A stretch of 28,043 nucleotides of DNA, from positions 1 through 28,043 of IMG/VR virus record IMGVR_UViG_3300044613_001908; one strand, written 5' to 3'. Below the pieces are notes generated by a model. It had not been told where the DNA came from. It ran no database searches and was given only the letters and a program-made list of their open reading frames with translations. The position numbers and the translations under genes are program-made. This stretch comes from a virus. Lineage: Duplodnaviria > Caudoviricetes. Shown here in pieces: positions 7,636-17,396 of the stretch (position 1 is the first letter of the stretch; the number at the start of each line of letters is the position of its first letter).

Positions 7636-9618
7636 TCAATACCCCAGCCGCCGGAGTTCTGCGTTTATTTGCTCGTCGCTCATGCGGGTTAAATCGCCCG
7701 TTTCAGCGCTTCCCGCTTGCGTTGCCTGCACCGCGCTAAGCAAACGCTTGAGCATTTCGTTTTGCTCTTGTTGCGTCGTCGCGCGTCCCAAGCGCAACAG
7801 GGCATCACGAACCGGGCCGCTTTCAAACAAGCGGATAGCGCCGCCCGTGCCGCCCATGATTGCCGCCGCTGTCAGCAAGTTACCACCTGCAAGGCTGGTT
7901 GCGGTTCCCGCCAAGGCTGTCAGCAACACCTGCTGACCTGTTGGAGCCTGGCCCGCCTGCCTTGCCGCCGTCGCTTGGCCGGTCAACCTCAAGGCCCTGC
8001 GCAATCCCTCAATCGCATCTCCGTCCGCGCCTTGGAAGAACACGCCAAGCTGTCGCTCAAGCCGCCCCAGCTCATTCTCAAAGGCGGTTGCATTGAATCG
8101 GCCCGGCTCGGTAATATCGCCGCCCTTTTGCAAGGCCCGTTGCAATATCGCCTGCCTGGCGGTCGCTCGGCCTTGGGCAGTCAAGCCATTATATAGAAGC
8201 CGGACCTTGCCTGTTTCGCCGCTAAACAGAAGGTTTTTGACCTGCTCTGGAACCATCTCGCCTTGATTAAGAACATTCCGCAGCGTGCTGACTTCCAGAT
8301 CCCCAATCATCGCCGCCAAATTTTGATTGGCGGTTTTCCATTGATCAAATTGAGCCTGTCCGCCTTGCTGCCGAATATAAGACCCCATGTCATCATTCAG
8401 CGCATTGTAGACACGCTGCATTACGCGCGAACCTTCATCCCGAATGCTTGCAAGATTAGGATCGTCAAACATCGTTCGATAAGTGCGCCGCAGTGTCTCG
8501 ATTGAGTCCAATTGCTTGCCGGTTAAAGCTCCGCGTGCGGCCTGCAATTCCTGAATAATGGGCTGGAATGTTCCAGGATCAGCGCGCTGTAACCGTGCTA
8601 TTTCATCGCCTATAATGCGCTGCGCTGCGGTTGTCGGAACGGCTGGCCCAGTCGCCAAACCTTCAATGACCTGGTTCTTCTGATTTGTCAGGCGCGTTAG
8701 TTCGGCGCCTCTTTGTCCACGAAGGTCGCGGGTTATTACTCCTAGAGTTTCGTCTCCAAGATCCGCCGGATTCACCCCGAAGTCATCAAGGGTTTGTCTC
8801 ACCGCGTTAATTCTCTGCGTCTCCTGTGCCGCCCTCGGGCCGCTCATGCCAACAAACGGAATAGCCTCGCCCGCTCGTCGCACCGTGCCGCCAACAAAGC
8901 CCTGAGGCGGCAGAATGTCCGTGGTGAACACGTTAATGCCGCGCCTTTGTGCTTCCTGAACGGCTTGAGGCAAGGCCGCCTGGGGCGCTTGATATCGCGT
9001 CCCCGCCGCACGCGCCCCAAGCACGCCGCCCGCAAGGCCCGCACCGAATTGAGTCAGAGCATTTGCCTTCATCTCACGCGCTGTTTCAGCCGCCGCGCCC
9101 GCTCCTGCCGCGCCCGCTAATTGTTGACCTGGTTGAGCCGCCAGGCTTGCAAGCACATTGCGCCCCGCGCTAACCGCACGCGGCGCCTGTCCCATTATGT
9201 TCAAACCTTGCCGCGCCAGCCCCACCTGGCCCGCTGCTGGAACAAGCATTTCCGTTGCTGCGCCGGTAATTCGTTCAATGGGCGTTGCAGGCTTGGGAAC
9301 GCCCGCGCGTGTCAGCGTCTCGCCCACCATTGTCCGCAATGGCTTTTCCTGCCCAACGCCGGGGATCAAGCCTAGAGCCGATCGCATAGGATCGTAAGCC
9401 ATGCCAACAAAACCCGCAGCGCCCTCAGCCAGCGCGCGACCTTTCAGAGCCGTTGCGCGACCAAGTTGTTTTGCGCTCTGAATTAGTTGATCTTTGCCGC
9501 TTGGTTGCCGTTTCAATGCGTTCGCGCTGGCTTTCTCAACTGCTGACTTGATCTCTTGAGGAGACATGGTGTCAGGGAAGTTGACGACTGATCCGTCAGG
9601 CAATCTTAGAACTGGCAT
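7636..9618 (-). CDS. DNA ejection / internal virion protein (position of P22 gp16)
   Basis: 660 aa, Ala/Gly/Gln-rich and helical with Gly-zipper segments (AGAAGAGAAAE, FGAGLAGGVLG). Third gene after the GNAT. Confidence 0.75.
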   Translation of the reverse strand: MPVLRLPDGSVVNFPDTMSPQEIKSAVEKASANALKRQPSGKDQLIQSAKQLGRATALKGRALAEGAAGFVGMAYDPMRSALGLIPGVGQEKPLRTMVGETLTRAGVPKPATPIERITGAATEMLVPAAGQVGLARQGLNIMGQAPRAVSAGRNVLASLAAQPGQQLAGAAGAGAAAETAREMKANALTQFGAGLAGGVLGARAAGTRYQAPQAALPQAVQEAQRRGINVFTTDILPPQGFVGGTVRRAGEAIPFVGMSGPRAAQETQRINAVRQTLDDFGVNPADLGDETLGVITRDLRGQRGAELTRLTNQKNQVIEGLATGPAVPTTAAQRIIGDEIARLQRADPGTFQPIIQELQAARGALTGKQLDSIETLRRTYRTMFDDPNLASIRDEGSRVMQRVYNALNDDMGSYIRQQGGQAQFDQWKTANQNLAAMIGDLEVSTLRNVLNQGEMVPEQVKNLLFSGETGKVRLLYNGLTAQGRATARQAILQRALQKGGDITEPGRFNATAFENELGRLERQLGVFFQGADGDAIEGLRRALRLTGQATAARQAGQAPTGQQVLLTALAGTATSLAGGNLLTAAAIMGGTGGAIRLFESGPVRDALLRLGRATTQQEQNEMLKRLLSAVQATQAGSAETGDLTRMSDEQINAELRRLGY

Positions 9619-10953
9619 TTATTTGAGTCCGTTTGCTCGCGCCCAGTCTTCATAGTTTTGAACGCCGCCTGAACCGGATTGAGCCGGCGGAGGCGTGACG
9701 ACTGCGCCCGGCCTTACGGGAGAGTAAGACGGTTGACCTCCCGCCGCTGGCGCCCCCATGCTTGAACGCATAGGAATTTGCGGTCCCAAAATTTGCGCTA
9801 TCTCTTGGGCGCTTAATCCCGATTCGGTTTGCGCGGCTTGTATAAAGCGCCGCAGGGAAGCTTGAAACTCTAGCGCTGCGGCTTTGGCTGCCGCTGGTGA
9901 AATCGAGCGATTAGCGAGGCGGGTCATTGCCTGTTGCACCGCCGTGCCCTCCCTATCGGACAATTGACCAAAGCCTTTCATCTGTTGAATACCGCCCAAG
10001 AAAGCCTGCCCCGTCACCTGCTTTAGCAATGCGAGTGCATCCAGCGCCTCGGCTGAGGTTGCCCAATAACGCATATCGTTCGGGTCATCGGTCGTCAAAG
10101 CTGCCGCGTTCTTGCCAAAGATCTGATTAAAGCCCTTTGCATTGATTAGCTGATCAACAAGATTAACACCCTGAACCAGACCGTTAATCGTGTTTTCAAA
10201 TACCCTTCGATTGGTTGCTTGTTTGGTTTGTAGTTCGGCCTCTTTTGCTGCGGTCGCAACATCTTGCTGTTCTTGCTGCATTGCCAACCGTGCGGCCTCA
10301 TATTCAGTCATCGGCCTGCCGGATGCCAGTGGCGCCCCTTGAGCTGGCACAAACAGCGCTTGACCCGTCTCCGGATCGTAAACCGTCGCGCCTTGCTGTC
10401 CGACGCTGACTTGAGGCTTCAGCTTTTCTTTTTCAGCGCCCATAGCCCGTGAAAAGAGCCTCAAATTATCATCAGTGAGATCAGCGGCGTCCATCTGCGC
10501 CAACGCTTCTTGCGGCATGCCCATTGAAGCAACTGCCGGGCGCAAGATTGTCTGCCAGGCCTCTTTGCGCTTCTCGTAAGGAACCTCAAGCAGTGCGCTG
10601 GAATAACCTACAAGCGCCGTGAGTTGAGATTCGGCGTTTTTATATTGCGCCTCAGTCTGTCTAGCGGCTCGCTCCTGATCCTCGATCGTCCGCTTGCGCT
10701 CCGCTTCCGCCATATCCTCCTGGCGCTTGCGCATCGCCTCGGCCTGAGCCTCTTCGCGCTGCCCCAAAACATCCACCTGCTCGGCCATGCCCGCGCGCCC
10801 GTAAGCCTGTTTCGCGGTTCGCGTATCGCCACGCGCAAGAGCCTGTGCGGCCTGTTGCTCGCCTATGTCGCGGCGGATATTGCCCACGTTCTCGTACCCG
10901 CGCTGGAAGGCTTCCCGCGTGCCGCCGACAATGTCCGTGAAATAATTAGCCAT
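9619..10953 (-). CDS. DNA ejection / internal virion protein (position of P22 gp20)
   Basis: 444 aa, coiled-coil rich, with a C-terminal QAFLGGIQQMKGFGQLSDREG motif typical of podovirus ejection proteins. TAATG coupling to the upstream gene. Confidence 0.75.
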   Translation of the reverse strand: MANYFTDIVGGTREAFQRGYENVGNIRRDIGEQQAAQALARGDTRTAKQAYGRAGMAEQVDVLGQREEAQAEAMRKRQEDMAEAERKRTIEDQERAARQTEAQYKNAESQLTALVGYSSALLEVPYEKRKEAWQTILRPAVASMGMPQEALAQMDAADLTDDNLRLFSRAMGAEKEKLKPQVSVGQQGATVYDPETGQALFVPAQGAPLASGRPMTEYEAARLAMQQEQQDVATAAKEAELQTKQATNRRVFENTINGLVQGVNLVDQLINAKGFNQIFGKNAAALTTDDPNDMRYWATSAEALDALALLKQVTGQAFLGGIQQMKGFGQLSDREGTAVQQAMTRLANRSISPAAAKAAALEFQASLRRFIQAAQTESGLSAQEIAQILGPQIPMRSSMGAPAAGGQPSYSPVRPGAVVTPPPAQSGSGGVQNYEDWARANGLK

Positions 10954-12200
10954 TAGACCCTCGGAGGTTGAAAGCTAGCGAAGGATTGACCCGTAGAACC
11001 GCCATAGCCCCGCGCCGCTTGCGCCGGACCAAACATCTCTTTCGCTGGCGCCTGCTGGCCCGCGAAGCTTGTGAAGATGTTGCCAATTGATCCCAGACCC
11101 TCGCCCACCGCCTGGCCGGTCGCATACCGTTGAGCATAGCTTGTCTGACCGCGCATCGCGGCCAGGTTCTGCTGGCCCTGTCCATAAGACGCCGCGTAAT
11201 TTTGACCCGCTGCGCCGATCTGAGAGGTCGCGGAGGGACCATAACCAGCAAGCTGAGACAGGCGGTTGAAGTAATTCCCGTATTCCGCGCTGGCCTCCTG
11301 CTGGCCCACGTTCTGAAGCTCGCGCATGGCCGCGCCGCTTTCCAGTCCGCCCATAGCCGCGCGCCGAGCAAGGACATTCTGCGAGCCTTGTTCAAGGCGG
11401 TATTGATAATCAGGAGAGGCGAAGAAGCTTGCAAAGCGGGGATCTGACCCGGCTGGCGCATTGGCTGGCATGCCGCCCGGCATGGGCTGGCCCGGTTGAG
11501 ACGCGGGAGGCTGGCCCATAGCTGGAGGCTGCGCGGGCGCCATTTGCAACGTCTGGTCTGCCCGTGGCGCCATAGACACACCCGAGACCTCGCCCTCGGG
11601 GCTGATCGCCGCCGTGCGCGGAGCGGCGGTCTCCATCCCCATCATGGCTTCCTGACCGGGAATGCCGGTCAAGCGCTGTTCCATTGGCTGCGGCGCCTGC
11701 GGCTGAGGAGCGGTCTCATAAGGCGTCTGCACCTGCCCCGCCATCGCCATCCCCGGCGCCGTGCGGCCTTCCTGAGCGCCAAAGTTGTTGTAATGCCAGG
11801 CGGCATAAGAATTAGGATCATTGCCGAACATCGCCGCAACTTGCGGCTTGGCGAACTCCGCCGCGACATCCGGGTTCGCCGCCAGATAATCGCTCTGACC
11901 AAATACCCCAATCGGGGGGCGAGGGCCTTGCACTGCTTCAAACGTGCCGCGCGGGACCTGTATCCCGTAAAGCTGGGAAAGCTGTTGCAGGGCTCCAAGG
12001 CCGACCTGGCGCCAAGGCTCTAAGTCTTGGCGCTGCTGTTCATACATCTGGCGCTCAACCGCCATTTGTTGCCCGGTCGCCTGCTCCGCCGATCGCATAG
12101 CCTCGGACGCGGCCTTGCGCTGTTGGCTGGCCCCGTAGATTGATCCAGCCGTCGACATTGCTGCGGAGGCTATCAGGGCTGTCGTCGTTCCAATCGCCAT
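10953..12200 (-). CDS. DNA ejection / pilot protein (P22 gp7-like); start revised to 12200
   Basis: MAIGTTTALIASAAMSTAGSIYGASQQRKAA..QRQDLEPWRQVGLGALQQL..SPDYQYRLEQG..AAMGGLESGAAMREL..EYGNYFNRL. The ATG lies 1 bp after the GNAT stop. Confidence 0.85.
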   Translation of the reverse strand: MAIGTTTALIASAAMSTAGSIYGASQQRKAASEAMRSAEQATGQQMAVERQMYEQQRQDLEPWRQVGLGALQQLSQLYGIQVPRGTFEAVQGPRPPIGVFGQSDYLAANPDVAAEFAKPQVAAMFGNDPNSYAAWHYNNFGAQEGRTAPGMAMAGQVQTPYETAPQPQAPQPMEQRLTGIPGQEAMMGMETAAPRTAAISPEGEVSGVSMAPRADQTLQMAPAQPPAMGQPPASQPGQPMPGGMPANAPAGSDPRFASFFASPDYQYRLEQGSQNVLARRAAMGGLESGAAMRELQNVGQQEASAEYGNYFNRLSQLAGYGPSATSQIGAAGQNYAASYGQGQQNLAAMRGQTSYAQRYATGQAVGEGLGSIGNIFTSFAGQQAPAKEMFGPAQAARGYGGSTGQSFASFQPPRV

Positions 12201-12201
12201 C

Positions 12202-12609
12202 TCAGAACCTCTTGATATACGCCGTTTCAGCCCGCTCAAACCCTGCCCGCGTATAAACCGCGTCCACGGTCTCGCTTCTGTTATCCGAAAGCGCTGAGAA
12301 TTGCACGGCGCTTGCCCCGTTTTCTTGCGCCCAAGCCTCAAAAGCTTTTCTCAATTCCCGACCCTGCTTCGGCGCCCACCAGAACATTTCCACACCTAGT
12401 TTGTATTCGGGGGAAAAGTAGAAGGGAGTTATGCACCCCCCGCACATTCCGTTGTCAGTCAGGAAGATCACACCGTTCCGGATAATAGACGCCGCAAAAT
12501 CGCCGGTTGCATTCTCATCATACGGCACATGTCGCCAAGGGCTATAGCTATGAAACGCCCGGCCCATATCCACAATTCGGGGAATGTCCTCGACCGTCGC
12601 TCGCCTCAT
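12202..12609 (-). CDS. GNAT-fold acetyltransferase-like protein
   Basis: MRRATVEDIPRIVDM..EMFWW..GRELRKAFEAWAQENGA..YTRAGF. Usual position before podovirus ejection genes. Confidence 0.85.
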   Translation of the reverse strand: MRRATVEDIPRIVDMGRAFHSYSPWRHVPYDENATGDFAASIIRNGVIFLTDNGMCGGCITPFYFSPEYKLGVEMFWWAPKQGRELRKAFEAWAQENGASAVQFSALSDNRSETVDAVYTRAGFERAETAYIKRF

Positions 12610-12950
12610 GTCGTCGTTTCCGTGACCGAGCCAAGGAGGCGGAGCTTTGTCGTCGTGTCGCCCTTTGCGTAAATCTTGGCCCCCGCCGGCAAGCCCGAGA
12701 GGCCGACCAAAGGCGCAAGGTCCGTCTGCTGGCTGCCGATCGTGCGGGTGTAGATCAGGTTCGCCGTTGCCGCTGCGGCCCCGTCAAGCGCTACGTGGAG
12801 CGTCAGGGTGTAACCCGTGGTCGCGTCGGTATTATAGCAGAGAAGCTTTTGCACCGTGGCCTTGTAGCCCGCCGGGACGGTGTAAACCGCCACGCTTGAG
12901 GCGGTCAGAAGGGCGCCTGAGTTGTCGAAAGCGACGGAACGTGAACTCAT
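12606..12950 (-). CDS. Small beta-rich virion protein
   Basis: 114 aa with VYTVPAG..NTD..TLTLHV..NLIY pattern. ATGA overlap with the GNAT gene. Confidence 0.7.
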   Translation of the reverse strand: MSSRSVAFDNSGALLTASSVAVYTVPAGYKATVQKLLCYNTDATTGYTLTLHVALDGAAAATANLIYTRTIGSQQTDLAPLVGLSGLPAGAKIYAKGDTTTKLRLLGSVTETTT

Positions 12951-12952
12951 GA

Positions 12953-13444
12953 TCAGGGCTCCAGAACTGCAAACTCACCCGGAGGCGGTCCGGGGTCCGT
13001 CCCGCCAGGAACGCCATACGTCCCCACGGTGAATATGTTAAACGTCGCCGCCGCTGGCATATACATGTAATCCGTCACGCCCAAACCTCTGACCTTGAGG
13101 TCAAAGGTTGCAAGCTGGGGAACAATGTTCTCGACCCGCGCGGCTGACACCGCTTCCGCCGCCAACGCCTGAGCCCCTGAGACGCTGTCCTCAAGATCCG
13201 CAAGCCGGGCTGTAAAGTCCCCAGAGATGTCATTGATATTCGTGGCGAGGTCAGCAAGCGCCGTCTCAAGATCATTCAGCCGGTTGGTCAGTTCCGCCGT
13301 GATGTCCGTCAACGCCGCCAGCGTGGCCTGTGTCGCCGCCTCGACCACCTCATCTTTAACCGTCGTCAGCCATTGATGCCCATACCGGGTCAACCGCCCG
13401 GTCGCGTCAACGAATGGATCTCCCGCGCTTGGATAATCGGTCAT
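12953..13444 (-). CDS. Tail needle-like coiled-coil protein (position of P22 gp26)
   Basis: Directly after the hub gene. N-terminal PFVDATGRLTRYGHQWL, then heptads LTNRLNDLETALADLATNINDI..RLADLED. Confidence 0.65.
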   Translation of the reverse strand: MTDYPSAGDPFVDATGRLTRYGHQWLTTVKDEVVEAATQATLAALTDITAELTNRLNDLETALADLATNINDISGDFTARLADLEDSVSGAQALAAEAVSAARVENIVPQLATFDLKVRGLGVTDYMYMPAAATFNIFTVGTYGVPGGTDPGPPPGEFAVLEP

Positions 13445-14817
13445 ATCTCGTTAATCCACGCCGCAGACACGCGCATGGGCGCCGTGTTCGTCGTCCGCAC
13501 CTGAAACACCCGCCCAGGCCGCTTGACCTGCCCGAGCCGGTACCAAAGGATCTCCTGCCCGTAATTCCCCGTTAGCCCGAGGCTCACACCCTCATACGGA
13601 GTAAAGGTCTGCCCCCCATCGTCTGAGAAGCGCATTTCAAGCGTCACGTCCACGCCGATCGGGGGCGTTCCTGTCGCGACCGTCACGCCAAAGGTCCGGC
13701 AGGGAAATTTCTCCCCCTCAGCCAGGACGCCGCAAGTGAAGATCCGCTGCATCGGGTCAACGCCATCCGCCGAGCTATCAGGGTCAAGCCGCCATATCTG
13801 GCCGCTCTCGTCATCGCCCGCATAAACCTCGGCCCCATCACCCTGCACGCCCAGATGCGCCCGCCAGGTTGCACGCTCATACGAGGAGAACTCCCCCCAT
13901 ATCTGCGTTGCCACATCATAGACATACGTTCCCTGAGTGCCGATCGAGAGGCAATAGAACGTGTGGCCGTCCTGAGCGAAGGTCCAGGCGCGAAGATCTG
14001 CGAAGTCGGCCTTGCGTATACGTTCCTCGATTCCGTGATCAGACAGCCTGACGGGAGAGCTATCCCCGGCCCGGTAGACAATCCCGTCCTGCCCGACCCA
14101 AAATAGCGTATTATCCAACTTTGCAATGCTGTCCCGCCCCGCGCATCCCTTCTGAAACTCGCGTCCCTTCGCCACCCGAAACGGTTCAACCGCTATGCCG
14201 GTCGGATACCAGGATTCAACTGTAGCCTCTCCGAAGAGGTACAGCTCATTCGCGCTTGCAAAGACCGCTATGAGATCATCCGGCGTGGAGCTGGCCGCGC
14301 TGTAGTCAAGCGCTCCGAAGGTAATGCCGTTGATCGCAGACCAGTAAATGCGCTGACTGTTGGCCCGGACCGCAATGAAATAGCTATTGAGCCATGCCAC
14401 GGAGACGACGCCCGCAGCGTCTGGGAACGCGACCGCCGCAATAGTGGTTCCATCCGTGGAGTAAAGCGCCGAGCCGTTAGCTATGAGCGCATAGGACGGG
14501 CCGATAGCGATCGAGACCCGCTCGGTTCCTGGCACATTGCCCAACAAAGTCGCCACGCCTGCGGTCGTGACCCGATAAGCTTCGCCTTGGCTCACCACGA
14601 TCATATCGCCGTTGAAGCAACCAGGCTCGCGCGCAATGCCGCGAATAGGGCCGCTGCCGGCTGTCGCAAACGCCGTAAGCCCGGCGCGCTGGAGCAGGAC
14701 GAAGCCATTCTCCAACGCCACCGGGCTAGGCTCGCCAATGTAGTTCTTGAGCACAATCTCAGGCAGGCGCGTTTCTGCGCGCTTGTAAGTCTGTCGCCCG
14801 AGAGGGATCTTTGGCAT
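13441..14817 (-). CDS. Tail hub / packaged DNA stabilization protein (P22 gp10-like)
   Basis: 458 aa with beta-propeller-like repeats, LYLFGEATVESW, KGCAGRDSIAKLDNTLFWVG, FAQDGHTFYCL, FSDDGGQTF and WYRLG. Confidence 0.88.
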   Translation of the reverse strand: MPKIPLGRQTYKRAETRLPEIVLKNYIGEPSPVALENGFVLLQRAGLTAFATAGSGPIRGIAREPGCFNGDMIVVSQGEAYRVTTAGVATLLGNVPGTERVSIAIGPSYALIANGSALYSTDGTTIAAVAFPDAAGVVSVAWLNSYFIAVRANSQRIYWSAINGITFGALDYSAASSTPDDLIAVFASANELYLFGEATVESWYPTGIAVEPFRVAKGREFQKGCAGRDSIAKLDNTLFWVGQDGIVYRAGDSSPVRLSDHGIEERIRKADFADLRAWTFAQDGHTFYCLSIGTQGTYVYDVATQIWGEFSSYERATWRAHLGVQGDGAEVYAGDDESGQIWRLDPDSSADGVDPMQRIFTCGVLAEGEKFPCRTFGVTVATGTPPIGVDVTLEMRFSDDGGQTFTPYEGVSLGLTGNYGQEILWYRLGQVKRPGRVFQVRTTNTAPMRVSAAWINEI

Positions 14818-14945
14818 TATTTCTTCTTCTTCGGCATCATGGGCTTAGTCATCTTCACCGGCTTGCCGGTCTTGTCCGCCGCGGCTTTAGCGGCCTTTAT
14901 TCCCGCAGGCCCGTACCCGTATTTCTTTCCACCGACCATCGGCAT
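14817..14945 (-). CDS. Very small Lys-rich protein (42 aa); start revised to 14945
   Basis: MPMVGGKKYGYGPAGIKAAKAAADKTGKPVKMTKPMMPKKKK. Starts 1 bp after the upstream stop and has a TAATG overlap with the hub gene. Confidence 0.8.
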   Translation of the reverse strand: MPMVGGKKYGYGPAGIKAAKAAADKTGKPVKMTKPMMPKKKK

Positions 14946-14946
14946 C

Positions 14947-15129
14947 TTATTTCCCTTTCCTTGACTTCCCAGCGCTGCTGAGGGCGATCGCAATGGCTTG
15001 CTTGCGAGAGGTAACAACTGGCGCCTTCTTCGGCCCTTTTGGGTCAATCCCGCCGTGGAGCGTGCCAGCCTTAAATTCCCGCATCACCTTAGACACGGTT
15101 TGCTTCGGTGAGCCTTTTTTGATGGGCAT
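14947..15129 (-). CDS. Small basic protein (DUF6496-like)
   Basis: VSKVMREFKAGTLH..VTSRKQAIAIALS motif, with GGAG RBS. Confidence 0.8.
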   Translation of the reverse strand: MPIKKGSPKQTVSKVMREFKAGTLHGGIDPKGPKKAPVVTSRKQAIAIALSSAGKSRKGK

Positions 15130-15132
15130 GGG

Positions 15133-17136
15133 TCAACTCTCCAGAGCGGTTATTCTTGCTTCGAGAGCAAGCTCACGTTCTCTTGCTTCCACAAGATGGA
15201 CGGCCAAAACTTCGCACGTTTCCCAAATCCGCTGCAACAAGTCGCCCGTTGCCATCTTGCCAGCATAAAGATCCTGCCATTGTTCTGGTCCGGGAAAGGC
15301 CGGCAGGCGCTTATTGGTCCGCAAAAACTGGGCAAACTTGTCGATGTTCAGCCGATCTGTCGCAACACCAGCAAAGCCCCGCGCCCGCTCATGGCGGCGC
15401 GTTTCAATGCGCGCAGGTTCAATTTCAACCGGGTTGCCGGTTTCCTGCCCCGTAATGACTGCTGCAATATGCCGATCCGGTACCAGCCCGTCCCAGAAGT
15501 TCACATCAACAGCGCCGTCAATCCACGCCTCAAGAACGTAGCAGGTCAGCAGCACACCGTCATCGTAAACCGCCTGTGCGTTAAGCGTGCCGACGCCTTG
15601 CGCGCCGCCAGTGGCGGACCCAAGGACCATGCTGCCGTTGCTGTACAAGCGGCCTTTTTCAGCAGCTCCGGGTGAAAATACAATGTCAACGTCTGCTTGC
15701 AGCCAAAAGTGATCGCCGCTTGCGTACAGATAATTGTTGCGAGTAGTGCCGCCACTGTTTTTGTTGACGACCTGCAAGCCGGTCTGACCGTTGTTAGCGG
15801 TGTCGCTGATAGACGTGTAGGTAAATGTTGGATTTATAAATGCTTGAGCCCCCGTCCACGTATTTGGAAACTTGAGAATGCCCGCCCGCGTAATAACGCT
15901 TCCCGTGCCGCTGTCTGCCACGTTGGTTGCAGACACGTTGTCAATGTACGTATTTACAGCGGTAGGCTGGATAGCGATATCCTGATTCTGGTTGCCATAC
16001 GCCATGACGTTTGAAACGCGCACATTACTGGCGTTGCCAAAAATGTTCAGCCCGTCATTCGGCCCTATTGGGTTCCATCCATTTCCAATCAGAATGAGAT
16101 TGCTGAGTTGCGTTTCAATGGAGGCGTTTGAAACGCCGACGCCTGTATAAGCGTTGTTGTTGGAAATGATGTTGCTGTATTGGCCGCGAAGGTCTAAGGC
16201 CATTTTGATGCCACGACCGCCGACAGCATCGGTTGCCCGAATGCAGCTTAGTTGGGTGGCCTGCGTGTAAGCGCAGGACTGAAACAATATGCCGAAACCG
16301 TCATCATCATAACAGCGCAGGTTGTCGGCCCTGATGCCAGTGCTGGACGAGTAGTTTTGCGCGGCAGTTGCCAGGCTTCCGCAACGCTCTGTGAAGATAT
16401 CCGACAGCCACACATGCAGGCAGTAATACAGGTTGATTCCGGCGCGGCTGCTGCTTCCAAGATTGACAAAGGACAGGTTTGACAGATCGACATTGACACC
16501 GCCGTAAATGGCAACGCCATAAGTTGCCGACCCTGTGTTTGTGCCTTTGTCAAAGCGCAGATTGGATATTGTGCAATTTTCAATTCCTTTGACGGCCAGT
16601 CGGGTTATTGAATACGTTTCAGACGTATTGATTGTGACTGGCATCGGATCGGCAATTGTCAGCGTGTTGGACGATTTGCCGACAACCTGCGTCATCCAGC
16701 GGTAAAACTCTGTCCCACCGGAAACAGCTTTGGTAACTTCCAAGCTGATAACATCGCCAACCGACACGCTGGCTGCACTTGTCATCACCAGCGTGATGGC
16801 GTTCTGAAGCGCATTTGACGCCAGCGTTGACGTTGCCGCAAAGCTATAGGCTGTGGTCGCGCCAAGAAGCCCGGTTATAGACGCCGATCCCGTGGCGTAG
16901 AGCGTCGAGGCGTTTTGCTCGCCAATAATTCCGACATTACTTTTCAGCGCGATGGACGAGCTGACGCAGTATGTCCCTTCAGGAATCCAGACATTTCCGC
17001 CACCTGCGGCAAACGCCGCATCAATAGCCGCTTGAATGGCGGCGGTGTCATCCGTAACGCCATCCCCCCGCGCGCCGTACTGGGTGACGCTGACAATGGC
17101 GTTCAGCTTATCGACGTTCTGGCGCGCTTTGCTCAT
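15133..17136 (-). CDS. Second beta-helix spike / depolymerase with chaperone-like C-terminal domain and no N-terminal anchor
   Basis: VSVTQYGARGDGVTDDTAAIQAAIDA..VWIPEGTY (Pectate_lyase_3-type start) begins at residue ~15. Beta-helix repeats follow. C-terminus KRLPAFP..LLQRIWETCEVLAVHL..LEARITALES. Confidence 0.88.
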   Translation of the reverse strand: MSKARQNVDKLNAIVSVTQYGARGDGVTDDTAAIQAAIDAAFAAGGGNVWIPEGTYCVSSSIALKSNVGIIGEQNASTLYATGSASITGLLGATTAYSFAATSTLASNALQNAITLVMTSAASVSVGDVISLEVTKAVSGGTEFYRWMTQVVGKSSNTLTIADPMPVTINTSETYSITRLAVKGIENCTISNLRFDKGTNTGSATYGVAIYGGVNVDLSNLSFVNLGSSSRAGINLYYCLHVWLSDIFTERCGSLATAAQNYSSSTGIRADNLRCYDDDGFGILFQSCAYTQATQLSCIRATDAVGGRGIKMALDLRGQYSNIISNNNAYTGVGVSNASIETQLSNLILIGNGWNPIGPNDGLNIFGNASNVRVSNVMAYGNQNQDIAIQPTAVNTYIDNVSATNVADSGTGSVITRAGILKFPNTWTGAQAFINPTFTYTSISDTANNGQTGLQVVNKNSGGTTRNNYLYASGDHFWLQADVDIVFSPGAAEKGRLYSNGSMVLGSATGGAQGVGTLNAQAVYDDGVLLTCYVLEAWIDGAVDVNFWDGLVPDRHIAAVITGQETGNPVEIEPARIETRRHERARGFAGVATDRLNIDKFAQFLRTNKRLPAFPGPEQWQDLYAGKMATGDLLQRIWETCEVLAVHLVEARERELALEARITALES

Positions 17137-17141
17137 GCTGA

Positions 17142-17396
17142 TCAGTCCTGTTTGGTTTTCAGGGCGTTCAGTTCCGCCGTCAGGCGGTCAATCTGGGCAA
17201 GCGCATCGGCATTGATAGCGCTTAAAACGGCATCAAGCGAGTATCCAAGAGCCGCCGCTTCAGATGGCGTAAGCGGACCGCGTGTCTGAAACACTTGTTT
17301 ACCAAACACGTTCGCGGTCTCGCCAAGTACAACATGCCAGGAACCGGCGTTGTTGTTTTGCTCTGTCGGGCCGCGATACAGAAATTCGTAAATCAT
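17142..17396 (-). CDS. Small fibre-associated protein with C-terminal coiled coil; start revised to 17396
   Basis: MIYEFLYRG.. with ATGA overlap to the fibre gene stop. Confidence 0.7.
   Translation of the reverse strand: MIYEFLYRGPTEQNNNAGSWHVVLGETANVFGKQVFQTRGPLTPSEAAALGYSLDAVLSAINADALAQIDRLTAELNALKTKQD

Noticed and set aside
7050-7739. 229-aa plus-strand ORF and similar Arg/Pro-rich alternative-frame ORFs across the window
   Set aside because: Their composition is typical of off-frame GC-rich sequence, and they overlap well-supported genes.
12201-12341. N-terminal extensions in the ORF track (also starts at 15047, 17408, 19368, 24171, 25741, 25827, 27314, 27654)
   Set aside because: They overlap upstream genes or regulatory sequence. 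Downstream starts give ATGA/TAATG coupling or a better RBS or motif fit.
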